Shown piece by piece: positions 38,340-50,741 of a stretch of DNA of 63,527 nt (the stretch's first letter is position 1; the number at the start of each line of letters is the position of its first letter). Under the pieces are notes generated by a model, which was not told the DNA's origin, made no database searches, and saw nothing but the letters and a program-made list of their open reading frames with translations. The stretch lies in NCBI RefSeq assembly GCF_001194135.2, contig NC_068996.1, positions 56,859,487 through 56,923,013 on the forward strand, written 5' to 3'. The position numbers were made by a program, and so were the translations under genes. Source of the stretch: Octopus bimaculoides. Its lineage: Eukaryota.

Positions 38340-38632
38340 TGATATTAGTATTGATGATAATGATGGTGATGATAGTAATGATGAGGATGGTAATGAGTTG
38401 ATGATGATAGTGATGGTGATGATAATGATGATTGTGGTAATGATAGCGGGGGTGGAGGTTATGATTTCTAACTTTGGCTCAAGATTATAAATTCTGGAGG
38501 TGGAGATGTTGATTATTTAATTTAAAACTCCAAAGCTGGATCTGAACTCTCTGCATAAAACCATGTAATTAAATACCATAAAGAATTTTTCCTGGTAATC
38601 TATGATTCACTCACTGATAGTCCCTGATCTAA

Positions 38633-38713
<81 letters not shown>

Positions 38714-38870
38714 ATGATTATGATGATGGTGATGATTATGATGATTATGACGATGGTGATGATGATGATGATGATGATGACGACGACGATGATAAATGGT
38801 GATGATGATGATGATGATGACGACGACGACGATGATAAATGGTGATGATGATGATGATAAATGGTGATGG
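38340..38870. repeat. (GAT)n microsatellite region with higher-order GACGACGACGATGATAAATGGT repeats
   Basis: Directly visible; the source of the poly-D/H/M ORFs. Confidence 0.95.
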
Positions 38871-39399
38871 TGATAATAAAAGTAATAGTTTAGACAAAAC
38901 AAACAAAACCACACAAAAAATCCCCAGAAATCTAGTTGCAACATTCTGAAACGACCTCCACCACTACACCTCCTCACACACACAAAGCTGATATAGATGG
39001 AATATACCTACCCCCATACACAGTAAGGGTGGGTCTAATACAAATAGGGACTTACTGCAAAGTAAAAACAGTAGAAGCAATGAAACAGAATCTGATAAAT
39101 GTAATAAAAGAACATGAAGAAGAACAATTTCTTCTTTTATATTTAAGGAAACAATGAAGTTGGAACTAAAAAGAAGTGGAAACTAAGTATACTGAAGCAA
39201 AATAACTAAGAAGAACACAAGAGAAACTGTTAGAGGAGAACCCAACAGAATCACTACAGAATTTTAAAATAACTGAAGGAAAAGAAAGAGAGAAAATGTA
39301 GTTGATGGCTAATACGTAGCAAAACTTGATTGGGGAGGAAGTGAGCAAAAGTGAATGCTAACCATGGGTTAACCATGTACAGACAATCAATGACTACTC

Positions 39400-39782
39400 A
39401 TGGATGGTGAGCTCCATGGTGAGCTCCATGGTGGGTGAGCTCCAAGCTTTCTTGACTTCCTGTCCAATTCCGTTACCACTTCCTCTGTCCACTTCAGATC
39501 AGACCACTGCAATCGCCCCATGACATTGTTGATGAAATTATGTTTTTGGCATTCAACTTTAAATCCAATATCTTCCTTAATCCCCACAGATGTTCTTTTT
39601 TGTTTTTTCTTTTCATACCATTGTGCTTAATTCCATCTGTTTCAAGTATTCCCATGCATATATATCCAAATCCAAATCCAGTTGTCTTCATCATTTCATC
39701 ACTTGGTATGTCTCCTATTCTGTCAAATTTTCCTTGTCTCATCACTGTCATAGCATATTTTGAAAGTCCAAACTTCATATCA
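39400..39782 (-). mobile_element. R4/Dong-type LINE RT C-terminal fragment
   Basis: DMKFGLSKYA...YICMGILETDGIKH...LRKILDLKLNAKNII...W.EEVVTELDRKSRKL. Confidence 0.8.
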
Positions 39783-39805
39783 TTATTATTATTATCGTTA
39801 TTATT

Positions 39806-40578
39806 GAGTGAGAAAGAGCAGTGCATGCCATCAAAGTGACACTGGGGTACAAATATACGAAGCCCAGGACACCCATCATGACTACCCATCTGATAAGGGT
39901 ACACCAGGCACATGCATCACAATCATATGTGCGCGACATAGTGAATCTCATATCAAGATAAACAGTGCATAACTTCAGTTAAAATTTTCTTCAGGTCGAG
40001 TAGCCTATCCTGCTCAAAAAGTCCCTGAATAAAGGTTGTTTGAGGATGTCGAACGAAATACGCATGTTGCCAAAGGTAAATTATTCAAACCCCAAAGAAT
40101 TCCTTTTAACCCATGGCTATGATGCTCCTCCACTACTTCTGCTCGTGATCAGAGATGCACCTATCATCAGCCACCAAGGGACATGCTCAACTGGTTAAGG
40201 TCAAACAACTGACAAGCAAATCTGTGATATTAAGCAGAATATTTGCTGTAGCCCATCTTTTATACCAAAACAAAACAACATACATGATAACATTATTTAC
40301 ATTATTTACAATTGATGGATATTTGTCCTCATCTTGTTTGTTGTTAACACAACGTTTCGGCTGATATACCCTCCAGCCTTCAGCAGTTGTCTTGGGGAAA
40401 TTTCGAACCTGGGTTCGAAATGTTGTGTTAACAACAAACAAGATGAGGACAAATATCCATTGAATGTAAATAATATACATAATTCCTCATCACTTAAATA
40501 TAGAACTATACATGATAACACTTCCAATGAGTTAAGATCAGAAGCCACAAGAGCCACTGCCTGATACTGCATCAGGGC
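39806..40578 (-). mobile_element. ~500-bp (TAA)n-embedded element, copy 2, interrupted by a hairpin insertion
   Basis: Homologous to 33117-33620, with a 215-bp insert at 40293-40507. Confidence 0.85.
40293..40507. mobile_element. Penelope-like foldback insertion with a 13-bp target-site duplication
   Basis: ATACATGATAACA at 40280-40292 and 40508-40520; inverted arms about 40301-40359 / 40416-40474. Confidence 0.75.
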
Positions 40579-40744
40579 ATTATTATTATTATTATTATTG
40601 TTAACATTTTTAATCTGCTTGTTTGATGCAATCACTTGCTGTGTCAAACCCAGTGTCTTAAAGCAAGTGAAAGTTAAGAGATATTAAACTATAACTGAAA
40701 GCTTGGGAAGGGAAAATGAGGAAGAGGAGGAAGATATAGAAATA

Positions 40745-43115
40745 CATTCATATGATATGTTGATAGGGTTTTTCTAAGGATGTGGACTTGTCAACACAAT
40801 CTTTTGAATTTCTGTGAGATATGGTTCTCCTGAGATGTTGTCTATATGTTTCTGTCATCCCTATTTTTATCATACCTAGGGCACCCACAATAACAGGAAC
40901 AGTTTTTGCTATAACCTGAAACCACTGCTATAAGATCTTTTGTGTTTCAATTTCTTTATATTTACTAAGCTTGTCAAATCTCTTTACAGGTATGTTTTTA
41001 TGAGTGGGAACACTTACATCTAAGAATTTTCTTCCATCTTTAATAATTATGCCTGGTCAATTAGTCTAGATCAAGGCTGGCCAATCTGAGGCCCACAGGC
41101 CGCATGCGGCCCACAGACTTTTATCTTGCAGCTCATTTGATACTTTCTTGAAATAGGTTTATTTAAACAAACATTTTTAAAACTTTATCTACAACTAAAA
41201 ATTGTAATGAAAAGTAAAAAAGAAAGATACTACTGTTTTTGCAATGATAATATTTCATGTTGAATCAGCGATCATTCATTATTGTAATAATAAGTATGAG
41301 AAAGCAAAATGCTTTCAATTCTCTCAGTATACTAGCAACCCTCAAACTACTTTCTGTGATTAAAATGGCCTGCAATGTAGTTCGAGTTGGCCAGGCCTGG
41401 CCTAGATCATTCTGTCAGTGTTGACTGAAAAATCCCAGATGTGACATTTCTACCTGTAACTACTGGTTCAGGATGGCATTCAAATCAGCCAGCAGGAGTG
41501 TCGATTTTGTAATGTTTACTTATTTTCCAATTTAAATACTATCCTACCTTATCGCAGAAATGCTTGTATTCGCTTGGTGTCAGTACAGGACAGCTTGAAA
41601 CAAGATGGTTTATTGTTTTGTCAAATGTGTTTCAGAATCCATTTTTGGGGTCAGTACCATTTTGAAGAGTATTAACCTGGTAATTTCTGATGAACAAGCT
41701 GCCAGTATGAAAGCCTTCAGCCTCTTCTTTCAATCCTGAACTCTTCAGCTGTCAGGTGGGTTGTTGCTTGGTCTACATTAGCATTCTGACTTTGAAGAAT
41801 ATATTGTCCATGCATGGATTAGTTGTCCCACCGCTCTTCAGTTTGTTTCTGCCTGTTCCTTTTAGCAGTCTGCTTGATTTGTTTTGTTTTTTCATGGCAG
41901 TGGTTTCAGGTTCTTCATCTAATTCAAAATTAATGCCAAGTTCTCTTGTGAATTTCCAAGCTTCCCTGACAATAGAATGTGATTTCTGCTACTTTCATGC
42001 TTGCACACAAGCCACAAAATCCAGTCCTCTGCACTGGATGAGTTTCTCTTCATTCTTATGGTGGAAGCTTTGTAGCAGAGTTCTAATTGCATCTTTCATT
42101 TTCCCCAACTGTTTCTAGGTAGGTACAGATGGTCAACGTCTACCTTACGGTGGTGTATGTTCTTAGATGTTAATAATTTTTTTGTCTTCCTGTCCAGTTG
42201 TTGCAGTTCTATAGGATTCCAGTTAATGATATTAAAACTACTGGGTGTTAGTGACTTTGATGCAGTTTTTAAAGTTAAGTTCAGTCTTCAATACAAGTCT
42301 TATTCTTCTGTGGTACTCCTTTCTTATTCCTTTCTTATTTTTTCCTTCATAGTGACATGACTTATGTCATCTCCTTCGTTTATTCCCAGGTATTTATATA
42401 AGTTTCTTGTGAGTCATATTGCTTGATGGCAGTGTTAATATTTAATTTAGTGGACATCCTTTGTCTGAGCTTGCCTCTTACAAAACAAAAACTACTTTAG
42501 CCCACTTTTCAAGGCCAAAATCCATCCGAATGTCATTGCTAAACTTTTTAGCAGTTGTTAACAGCCCTTCTAGTTCTTGGTTATTCCTTGCAAACAGCTT
42601 CATATTGTCCATGTAAAAAAGATGGTTTATCTTGTTGATAATTTTATATCTGGTGATGTTCAATTCATCTGAGAGGGATCAATGCCATGCAAAAAAGTAA
42701 TGGAGAGAAAGAGTCACCATGAAAGAGGTTTCATTTGATGTTGATGCTGTTGGATTGGCTCATTCCGTTACTATGGTTCAGAAAGAACCATGTGTTCCAC
42801 TTGGCCATGTTATTTTGTAAGAATCTGGAGATGACGGGAGAGATCTTATAAGTATCAATGGTCTTGAGTATCCATTTAAGTGGGACGCTATCAAATGCTT
42901 TCCTCTAGTCTAGCTTTGACATCTTCTGCTTTTCTTTTTGCTTCAGCAATTCTCTGAAGTCATTCTATTTATGAGCAATCGGTCTTTGCATCCGTAGGAA
43001 TTTCTTTTTAACAACATTTTTGAATAGAGTTCTGTTCAAAGGAAGTGTACATTCAGTTAATATGGATGTAAGCATCTTGTATGTAGTATTGAGATGCTAT
43101 TGGTTGATAATTCTT
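40745..43115 (-). mobile_element. Degenerate R4/Dong-type LINE (RT through REL), interrupted by a hAT MITE
   Basis: RKAFDSVP..WILK; NLFHGDSFSPLLFCMALIPLS; NHLFYMDNMKLFARN; DIRMDFGLEK; WDFSVNTDRM; TVPVIVGALGMI. Confidence 0.88.
41072..41399. mobile_element. hAT (Charlie-like) MITE, 328 bp
   Basis: TIRs CAAGGCTGGCCAA / reverse complement CAGGCCTGGCCAA; 8-bp TSD GTCTAGAT / GCCTAGAT; subterminal GGCCCACAGGCCGCATGCGGCCC motif. Confidence 0.85.
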
Positions 43116-43129
43116 TGGGTTTTTGTATC

Positions 43130-43458
43130 ATCATCATCATCATCATTCAATTTGTATCAGGTTCATTCTTATTCCTGGTAAGGGTTAATGTAAGTAGCAG
43201 GTTACTACCTAGGTAACCTTAGGTATTCACAAGTTTTCAGCAGTCTTTCAAGTGCTTAGAACCCTCCTGATAATTTTTCCTGTCCCTAAGAGGCAAACTT
43301 TCTGTAGAAGCTTTACAGGATGTTCTATTCCTATCTCCCTCAACCATTTCTCTATGTCTTTACTCACAGTTCTTAATGCACCAATTATTATAGGCACAAC
43401 CTTTACAGTTTCCATATTCCAAATTTTCACAATTTCAAATTTTAAGGGATTATATTGT
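43130..43458 (-). mobile_element. R4/Dong-type LINE 3' fragment with UTR and (TGA)n tail
   Basis: YNPLKFEIVKIWNMETVKVVPIIIGALRTVSKDIEKWLREIG...LLQKVCLLGTGKIIRRVLST*. Confidence 0.85.
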
Positions 43459-45265
43459 TGTACGGATAGTTGGTTGGTTTGTTCCAAATGAAACATGGAG
43501 GCAACAATGGAAATAGCTTTATGTACGAGAATGCTTCCAAGGAGGCCACATTGTTTGTTCAGTCCGCTGGCTCATCGAGGGAACTTGCTGAACAGCCAAC
43601 ATTGACATGAGTGAAAGAACTACGTGCCGAAAGAGTTCTATAGCAAAGGAAGGAAAACTCTCCAGTGAGAAATGGCGACTGTCATGCTTTATACAAACGC
43701 CAAACTGGAAGCAAAAGGAAACGTTCCATTCTAACCAATCACAGAGAATGAGACAAAAAGTGCAACAACACAAAGTCAACTGAGCCAACTTTGAAATGGA
43801 GAAATATATATTTGCATGTAAGCCAATATCAATCAAAGAACTGCTACAGTGAGCCACCGCCAGAGAATAAGCTGGTAGGTGAAATGGATGATACTATTGA
43901 GAAAAGTGTAGTATAGAAAAGATAAGGAAATAAGCATAAAATTGCCGTACATCAATAAGTAACACACAAGAGCATGAATAAAGTTCCATAATTCTACTGG
44001 ACCTGAAAATAAGTCTTACAAAAGCTTTAGAGCTCAGAGATATTATGCAAGTCACACAATCGAGGCACCTAAGAGCATTTGGCTGCTATAAGAAAAAGCA
44101 GTGCCAAAAGTTTTTGCCTGCAAATGTTGCAGTGGCAAAAAGGGTGCAGCCTGCGAGACAGTGAGTCACCTGCAGAGGCTGAAACAAGCTGTAGGTTTCA
44201 GAAAGCAACAATGAAGCATGGCAAAAGGAAAAGAAGTTCCAAATCAAGCAAAATGAATTTGGTGGTGATCAGGTACCAAACAAATAATGCATGGAATGCA
44301 ACATGCTTGCAAAAAAAAAGCATTAATGAGAGGTGGTTTTTTTGTTCTGCTAGAAACATAAGAAAAACGTTCTGCCAATAATATCCAACATGTGTAGATG
44401 TGTGAATGTTATAACCGTGTGTATGGATGCATAACAAAACATCTGATTACAACATATCAAACACATGCAAAGAAAATGAGGAGAAAAGCAACAAAGTGTA
44501 TAAAAAAGTATAACTGAGTTGGTTATAAACAGTCTATGCACCCCTAGGGTGGGAAATGTATGGAAGGAGCAAAATAATCGTAACCTGGGTCATGGAAACG
44601 ACTATAGTAGTGGTCACTAGTACAGTAACAATACGACAGTGCATGATGTAATTGAAGTTACTTCTTCCATGGCGTCCGTGAGATTTGTCAAATTCATAGC
44701 CTCAATCGGAAGAAGGTGAGGCTGAAGTTTTCAATCAATGGTGCTGGTCATGTCTTTAATGGGACGGTGGTCATTGTTTCCAAGAGCATGTTCTAAGTTG
44801 GGTCCCCAATATTTAGCCAAACGGTCACCACTTTTAGTAGTCTGTAAGTGTGCCTGGTAGTTGAGCATGTGACACTTGGTTAAAATAAATCTTCCAGTAC
44901 AGACAGTTGGTTGGTCCAAAACGAAACAACACGGAGGTGGCGATAGCAGTGCGTGCGAGAATGCTTCCAAGGAGGCCACATTGTTTGTTCAGTCCCTTGG
45001 CTCATCGAGAGAACTTACTGAGCAGCTAGCATTGACGTGAGTGAAAGAACTGTGTGTTGAGAGAGTTCTAAAGCAAAGGAAGTGAGAAATTGTGACTGTC
45101 ATGCTTGATACAAATGCCAAACCAGAAACAGAAGGAAATAGTCCATTCTAACTAATTACAGAGAACGGCTCAAAAGGTACAACCACACAAAGTCAACTGA
45201 GCCAACTTTGAAATGGAGAAATTCATATTTGCATGTAAGCGAATATCAAACACAGAGCTGCTACA
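43459..45265 (-). mobile_element. LTR-like element: two ~370-390-bp direct repeats around a ~1.05-kb interior with no recognisable coding remnant
   Basis: Repeats 43459-43848 and about 44897-45265; on the minus strand each starts TGTAGCAG and the left one ends CA; PBS-like TGGTGACC at 44823-44830; no TSD found. Confidence 0.6.
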
Positions 45266-45379
45266 CCAACACTTTATCCAATGTAGATATTGACCAACTC
45301 TGCCATGTCTTAATTTACAGGTGCTAAAACTTTACACTCAGAGATTAGGTGGTCCACTGTTTTTATCATCCTTTTTTTA

Positions 45380-45645
<266 letters not shown>

Positions 45646-45835
45646 GACAGCAAGCTGACTGAATCATTAGTATTCTAGACAAAATGCTTAGCAACATTTT
45701 TTTCTGTCTCTTTGTTTTGAGTTCAAATTCCACTGAGAGGTTAGCTTTGCTTTTCATCCTTTTGGGAATGATAAAATAAGTAGCAGTTGAGATTTATCCC
45801 CACAAAAATTGCTGGCCTTGTGCCAAAATTTGATT
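45646..45835 (+). mobile_element. tRNA-derived SINE, family B
   Basis: GCAAGCTGACTGAATCATTAG...GAGTTCAAATTCC...TGGCCTTGTGCCAAAATTTG(ATT)n. Confidence 0.8.
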
Positions 45836-46529
45836 ATTATTATTTTATTTATTAAAAGTGTCAAATTAAATCCTTTCATTTCTCTTCAGTGTGATTTAGT
45901 GACAAGTTTCATTAAAGCTTTTGTTGATTCTAAGACAGAGTATGCCCCAGGTGCTTTTTTTTTTTTTGACAATATTTCTTATTTATTCATCAATTACTGT
46001 TGTTATTATTATCATTATTATTATTGTTGTTGTTGTTGATGTTATTATTATTGTTGTTGTTATTGTATTTAACATATGTCAAACCTTGACTATCAGGCAT
46101 ATTAGAATAATCAAGAACATGCTTATTCTCTGAGGGCTTCCTCCCCTCTTTTCTTCATTGTATCTCTCTCTCTCTCTCTCTTTCCTTTCTTGTTTGTCTC
46201 TCTTTTCTTTCTTTCTTTCTTTATATTTTTTATATCTTTCTGCAACCGTGCATACTTATGCGTGCATTTGTACAAAGAAAGTTCCCTTAAAGCTGCATTG
46301 ATGCCTTTATCAGGAATCATACATTTATACAATTTGTGAATCTCTTATCTGAAGTTCCTGGGACTGAAAATATTGCAGGTTTCAGATTTTTCAGATTTTC
46401 AATTTTTTCATTTGCATTTATAAAACGTCTCAGCTTGTTGATGGATCCTAAATCTAAACACTTGATCCATCTATACTTCATAATATAGCTTATACATATA
46501 CACTGGATGTAGATTTTCTTTTTCTTCTT

Positions 46530-46970
46530 TCGTTGTTTTCAGTCATTGGATTGCAGCCATGCTGGGGCACCACCTTAAAGAATTTTTGTTGAAATGAATC
46601 AACTCCAGTACTTTATGCTTTTTTTTTTTTTTTAAACCTGGTAATTATTTTAATCCCCATTTGCTGAACCACTAAGTCACAGGGACATAACCATATCAAT
46701 ACCAATTGTCAAGCAGTGGTGGGTAACAAACACAAAGACAGACAGACACACACACACATATATACAAGCGCGCACACACACACACACACACATATACAAG
46801 TGCACACACACACACATATGTATGTACACAATGGGCTTCTTTTAGTTTTTATCCACTCACAAAACTTTGGTCAGCCCAAAGCTATAGTAAAAGACACTTG
46901 CCCAAGGAGCCATGCAGTGGGACTGAACCTGAAACCATGTGATTTGGAAGCAAGCTTCTTACCATACACC
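46530..46970 (-). mobile_element. tRNA-derived SINE, family A (near full length)
   Basis: Reverse complement GTATGGTAAGAAGCTTGCTTCCAAATCACATGGTTTCAGGTTCAGTCCCACTGCATGGCTCCTTGGGCAAGTGTC...GGTGCCCCAGCATGGCTGCA. Confidence 0.8.
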
Positions 46971-46984
46971 TTACATTAAGTTCT

Positions 46985-47280
46985 CACCAGTGCTGCCTGA
47001 CTGGCACATAAGAAGCACCATTCAAGTATTGGGCCTCATAGAGGTAGTAACAGGAGACCAAGACCCTTGTAGTCGTGGCCAATGCTGCTAGCACGTAAAA
47101 AACACCTACTACACTTTCAGAGTGGTTGGCATTAGGAAGGGCATCCAGCCATAGAAACCTTGCCAAATCAGATTGGAACTTGGTGCAGCCCCACCCCACC
47201 CCAGCTTACCAGTCTTTCAGTCAAACCATCCAACCCATGCCAGCATGGAAAGTAGACATTAAATGATGATGATGATGATG
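46985..47280 (+). mobile_element. SINE/RTE-3'UTR family C
   Basis: GCACGTAAAAAACACCTACTACACTTTCAGAGTGGTTGGCATTAGGAAGGGCATCCAGC...CATGCCAGCATGGAAAGTAGACATTAAATGATGATG. Confidence 0.85.
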
Positions 47281-47826
47281 AATAGAAGAAAAATGAATCA
47301 TGGTGATCACTGCTTACTGAGTTGAAGATAAATGCAGCCGCAGGCATTACAGTCAAATCCAAGGAACTGAAGAAGAACATACGTCATTGAGCTGGAAAGT
47401 TTGACAAATTAGCAGTAACCATGCATGTAGTTGTTTGTTTGTTTTTATTAATAGGTTACAGTGTGTAAAGATTTTTGTATAATAGCAAAACATGAAATTT
47501 GATTATGGAAAAATGTAAGAAATACTGAAATTATCAGCAATTATATTTGTAACACAACAATGATAATGACATGATGCACTTAGAAGAACTTTCCCAACAC
47601 TTTGTGGAATTTTCCATTTCTAGCATGTCATGGCAGCATTCAAGAACTTTTAGGTTTGAGAGGTTTTCAGATTTGGGAATTTCAAACAAAGAATTTCCAA
47701 CTATATAGATTAATTCCAACTGAAATACAAACATATTATTCTTGAATCTTTGTTTGAGAAGTCACAGTTTATGAAATACTCTACAAGTTCTCTACACATA
47801 AAACTATTATGAATTTATTTTAGCTA

Positions 47827-47862
<36 letters not shown>

Positions 47863-47997
47863 CATCATCCTTCTCCTCCTCCTTCTTCTTCTTCTTCTTC
47901 TTCTATAAAAACATCTGTATACATACATTGGATTACTAGAATGTACAGATGTGCTTCACAAGGACACAGCTTGGACTATAGTCTCTTCTATGCCCTG

Positions 47998-49170
47998 TAT
48001 CATCATCATCATTATCATCGTCATCAACATCATGTAACATCCATCTTCCATACTGGCATGGGTTGGACTGGCCAGTGGCCACACCAGGTTCCATAGTTTG
48101 TTTTGGCATGGTTTCTATGGCTGGATGTCCTTCCTATCACCAACCAATCCACAGAGTGTCTTTTACGTGACACCATCATCAGTGCTTCTTAAGTGGCACC
48201 AGCCCCCACACCAATGCTTTTCGTGTGGCCTTTGGTTTTAGGATCTCAATTCTGTTATGGTGGGCAAGTCTTCTCAAGTATAGCAATGCACCACATATCT
48301 TCTGTCAGCTTCTTTATTAGGTTCAGCATTTTGAGACCATCCTTTAAAACTCCATCCCATATCTTCCTTCCCCCTCCTTTTCCATAACTTCCCTCCACTT
48401 TAAGTGATCAGCAACTGTCCTCATTCATCCGCATCACATGATCTAGTCACAACAGTCACCTTTCTTATATACTGCGTATAATTCCTCTATAATACCCAAC
48501 TTCTCCCTCAAATACACCAATACTCTGTCACACATGCACACTGACATTGCGCATCCAGTAGCACACACTAGCTTCATCCCTCTCCAGCCTTAGCATGTCC
48601 TCCACATTCAGGACCACACGTGATATTATAGTTTGTACACATGCATCATACAATCTTCCTTAAGAGAGAGAGATCTTTAGTTGCTAGTAGAGATGAAAGT
48701 TCCTAGAACTTTCTCCATCCTATTCTTTTTCTGGCAATTACACTTTCTGTACAACCTCCTCCACTGCTAATTAGGTCACCTGGGTAGCAAAAATCATCTA
48801 CAACTTCCAGAGAGCCACCAGGACATTTAAGGAAATCACTTTTCCACGTATCTGTGGTTCCAGTACATCTTCCACATACAAACATTACTTTCTCTGTTAA
48901 TCTTATTATTATTCCACTGAACCTCTTGTGTGTCCATACCTTGCACTCGGCACACTGAATTTTTACCTATCCCCTTCCTACATATCAAGCAGGGTAACTT
49001 AGTGGAAAGGGGAAGAGTCCTGTCCAATTTCTTGTTCACTAGGACTCTGCTGGTTTTTGCTAATTAAGGCCCTTTGACTCCATGTGCTGTTTCCACATTG
49101 AAATTTCTTTTCTAATTCTGTTACAGATTCTGATATGAGGGAAAGGTCATCAGCATATAGGAGTTCTTAT
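47998..49170 (-). mobile_element. RTE-clade LINE 3' part (RT C-terminus with Cys-rich insert, 3' UTR)
   Basis: ELLYADDL; PCLICRKGIGKNSV; FVCGRCTG; SLEVVDDFCY.GDLISSGGGCTESVIAR.RIGWRKF; HVMRM; the family C UTR and (ATG)n tail end near 48000. Confidence 0.88.
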
Positions 49171-49176
49171 GAATGT

Positions 49177-49224
<48 letters not shown>

Positions 49225-49454
49225 AACAGGAGAGTACTAGTTATGCTCAGTATAGAAAGCACGTAGTAATGCTGAAATGAATTTGAACTCTGGGCTCTTC
49301 ATCTAGCACTATTCCCATGGCATCAAGAGTAGCTGTAGGAGAAATCCAAGGTGAGCAGATTATGGAGATAGTGATAATGCAGATAAGCACCATTAGGCTA
49401 GACATACAATATATACATACATAGACATATATACCAATATATATTTGGAATGAT

Positions 49455-49920
49455 GCAGTAAATTCCACTCAAACAGAACAGCCATTGTTGAAGTGGCTAC
49501 AAACATTACTTGTTAGTACAACTACTGCTCTGATCTCTTAGAGAGATTTTAGAACTAGCTTTTTAGCTTGTTGCAAAATCAGCGACTGTGTGTCACTTAA
49601 ATTTATTTTTATTTCTAGCTATTACCAACTCTAGCAGACAAAGTGTCCATTACTGATGAGAGGCAGAAATAGCTTGAAACCAGGACTGGACTGCTGGTCC
49701 CATCACTAGAAGGTGGTAGGGTTTTCTTCCCCTGCTCACAATATATCAGATGCAGCTGTGCATCGTTAAACAGCTAGAAGAGATGACCCCATGGAGTTAA
49801 AAAATTGCAGTAAATTCCACACGAACGGAAAAGTCATGCTGAAGTGGCTACAAATATTACTTGATAGTACAACTACTGCAATCATCACTTAGAGAGATTT
49901 TAGAACTAGCTTTTTAGCTT
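49455..49920 (+). repeat. 1.3 copies of a 352-nt unit (115-bp direct repeats) containing a hammerhead-like core
   Basis: Repeats 49455-49569 and 49807-49920; CTGATGA at 49653-49659, GAAA at 49676-49679, stem III ACCAG/CTGGT, GTC at 49697-49699. Confidence 0.75.
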
Positions 49921-50741
49921 ATATATATGTATATTGGCTATATAGTCTAACTCATTTCCATCTTTTCTTGTTTTATTTGTGAAGGAGGGTTTACCTTGGT
50001 CTCCTACAGTATGTACACATTGGAGGATTCTTCTAGACAGTAAATGTCAAATTTCACTCATGATTGCAAGTCAACATGCTACTTGAAATGCTTTAACACT
50101 TTTCAAGACACTGTATAATGTTTGATACTATATGTCTGCACTGACTGATATTTTTCATCATTGCAGATAGGCTGTGCATCAAAGGATCAATGTCTTTATT
50201 GCATATTGTAGCCTCATAAATTTAAAGAGAAAAATAATGTATACACATATATACAAGGGTACACACATATACATGTGTGCATATTCATGCATGCAGACAT
50301 AATTTTCACACACACAGCTATGTGCACACAGACACTTATACATGATGTATACATGCACACAAATGGATTCACCCATCCACATATACACACTCACACACAT
50401 AGATAGTTGTGTGTGTATCTCAATGTTATAAAAAAAGGTGAATATTTCACAGAACTAATTAATGGTAAACTCATTGGGTTATTTTTGAAAATTTTATCCA
50501 AAAAACCTAAAAGTGTATCCTCCTGTGTTGTGTCTGTACGGAAATATATTCACTCATCTGCTAATCATCGAAAAGTAAAGGAAATTGGAATACGATGATT
50601 ACTTAATGCACTTTATATATATACATTATATACTTTATGCACAATTTTATAGACTTTAATACACAACACTCAAAATAAATATTCACTCTTATTTTTGCAT
50701 TTTTCTTATGAACAAAAGAAAATCTTATATATACATAGACT

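Noticed and set aside
38600-38983. Poly-His/Asp/Met ORFs
   Set aside because: These are translations of a (GAT)n microsatellite.
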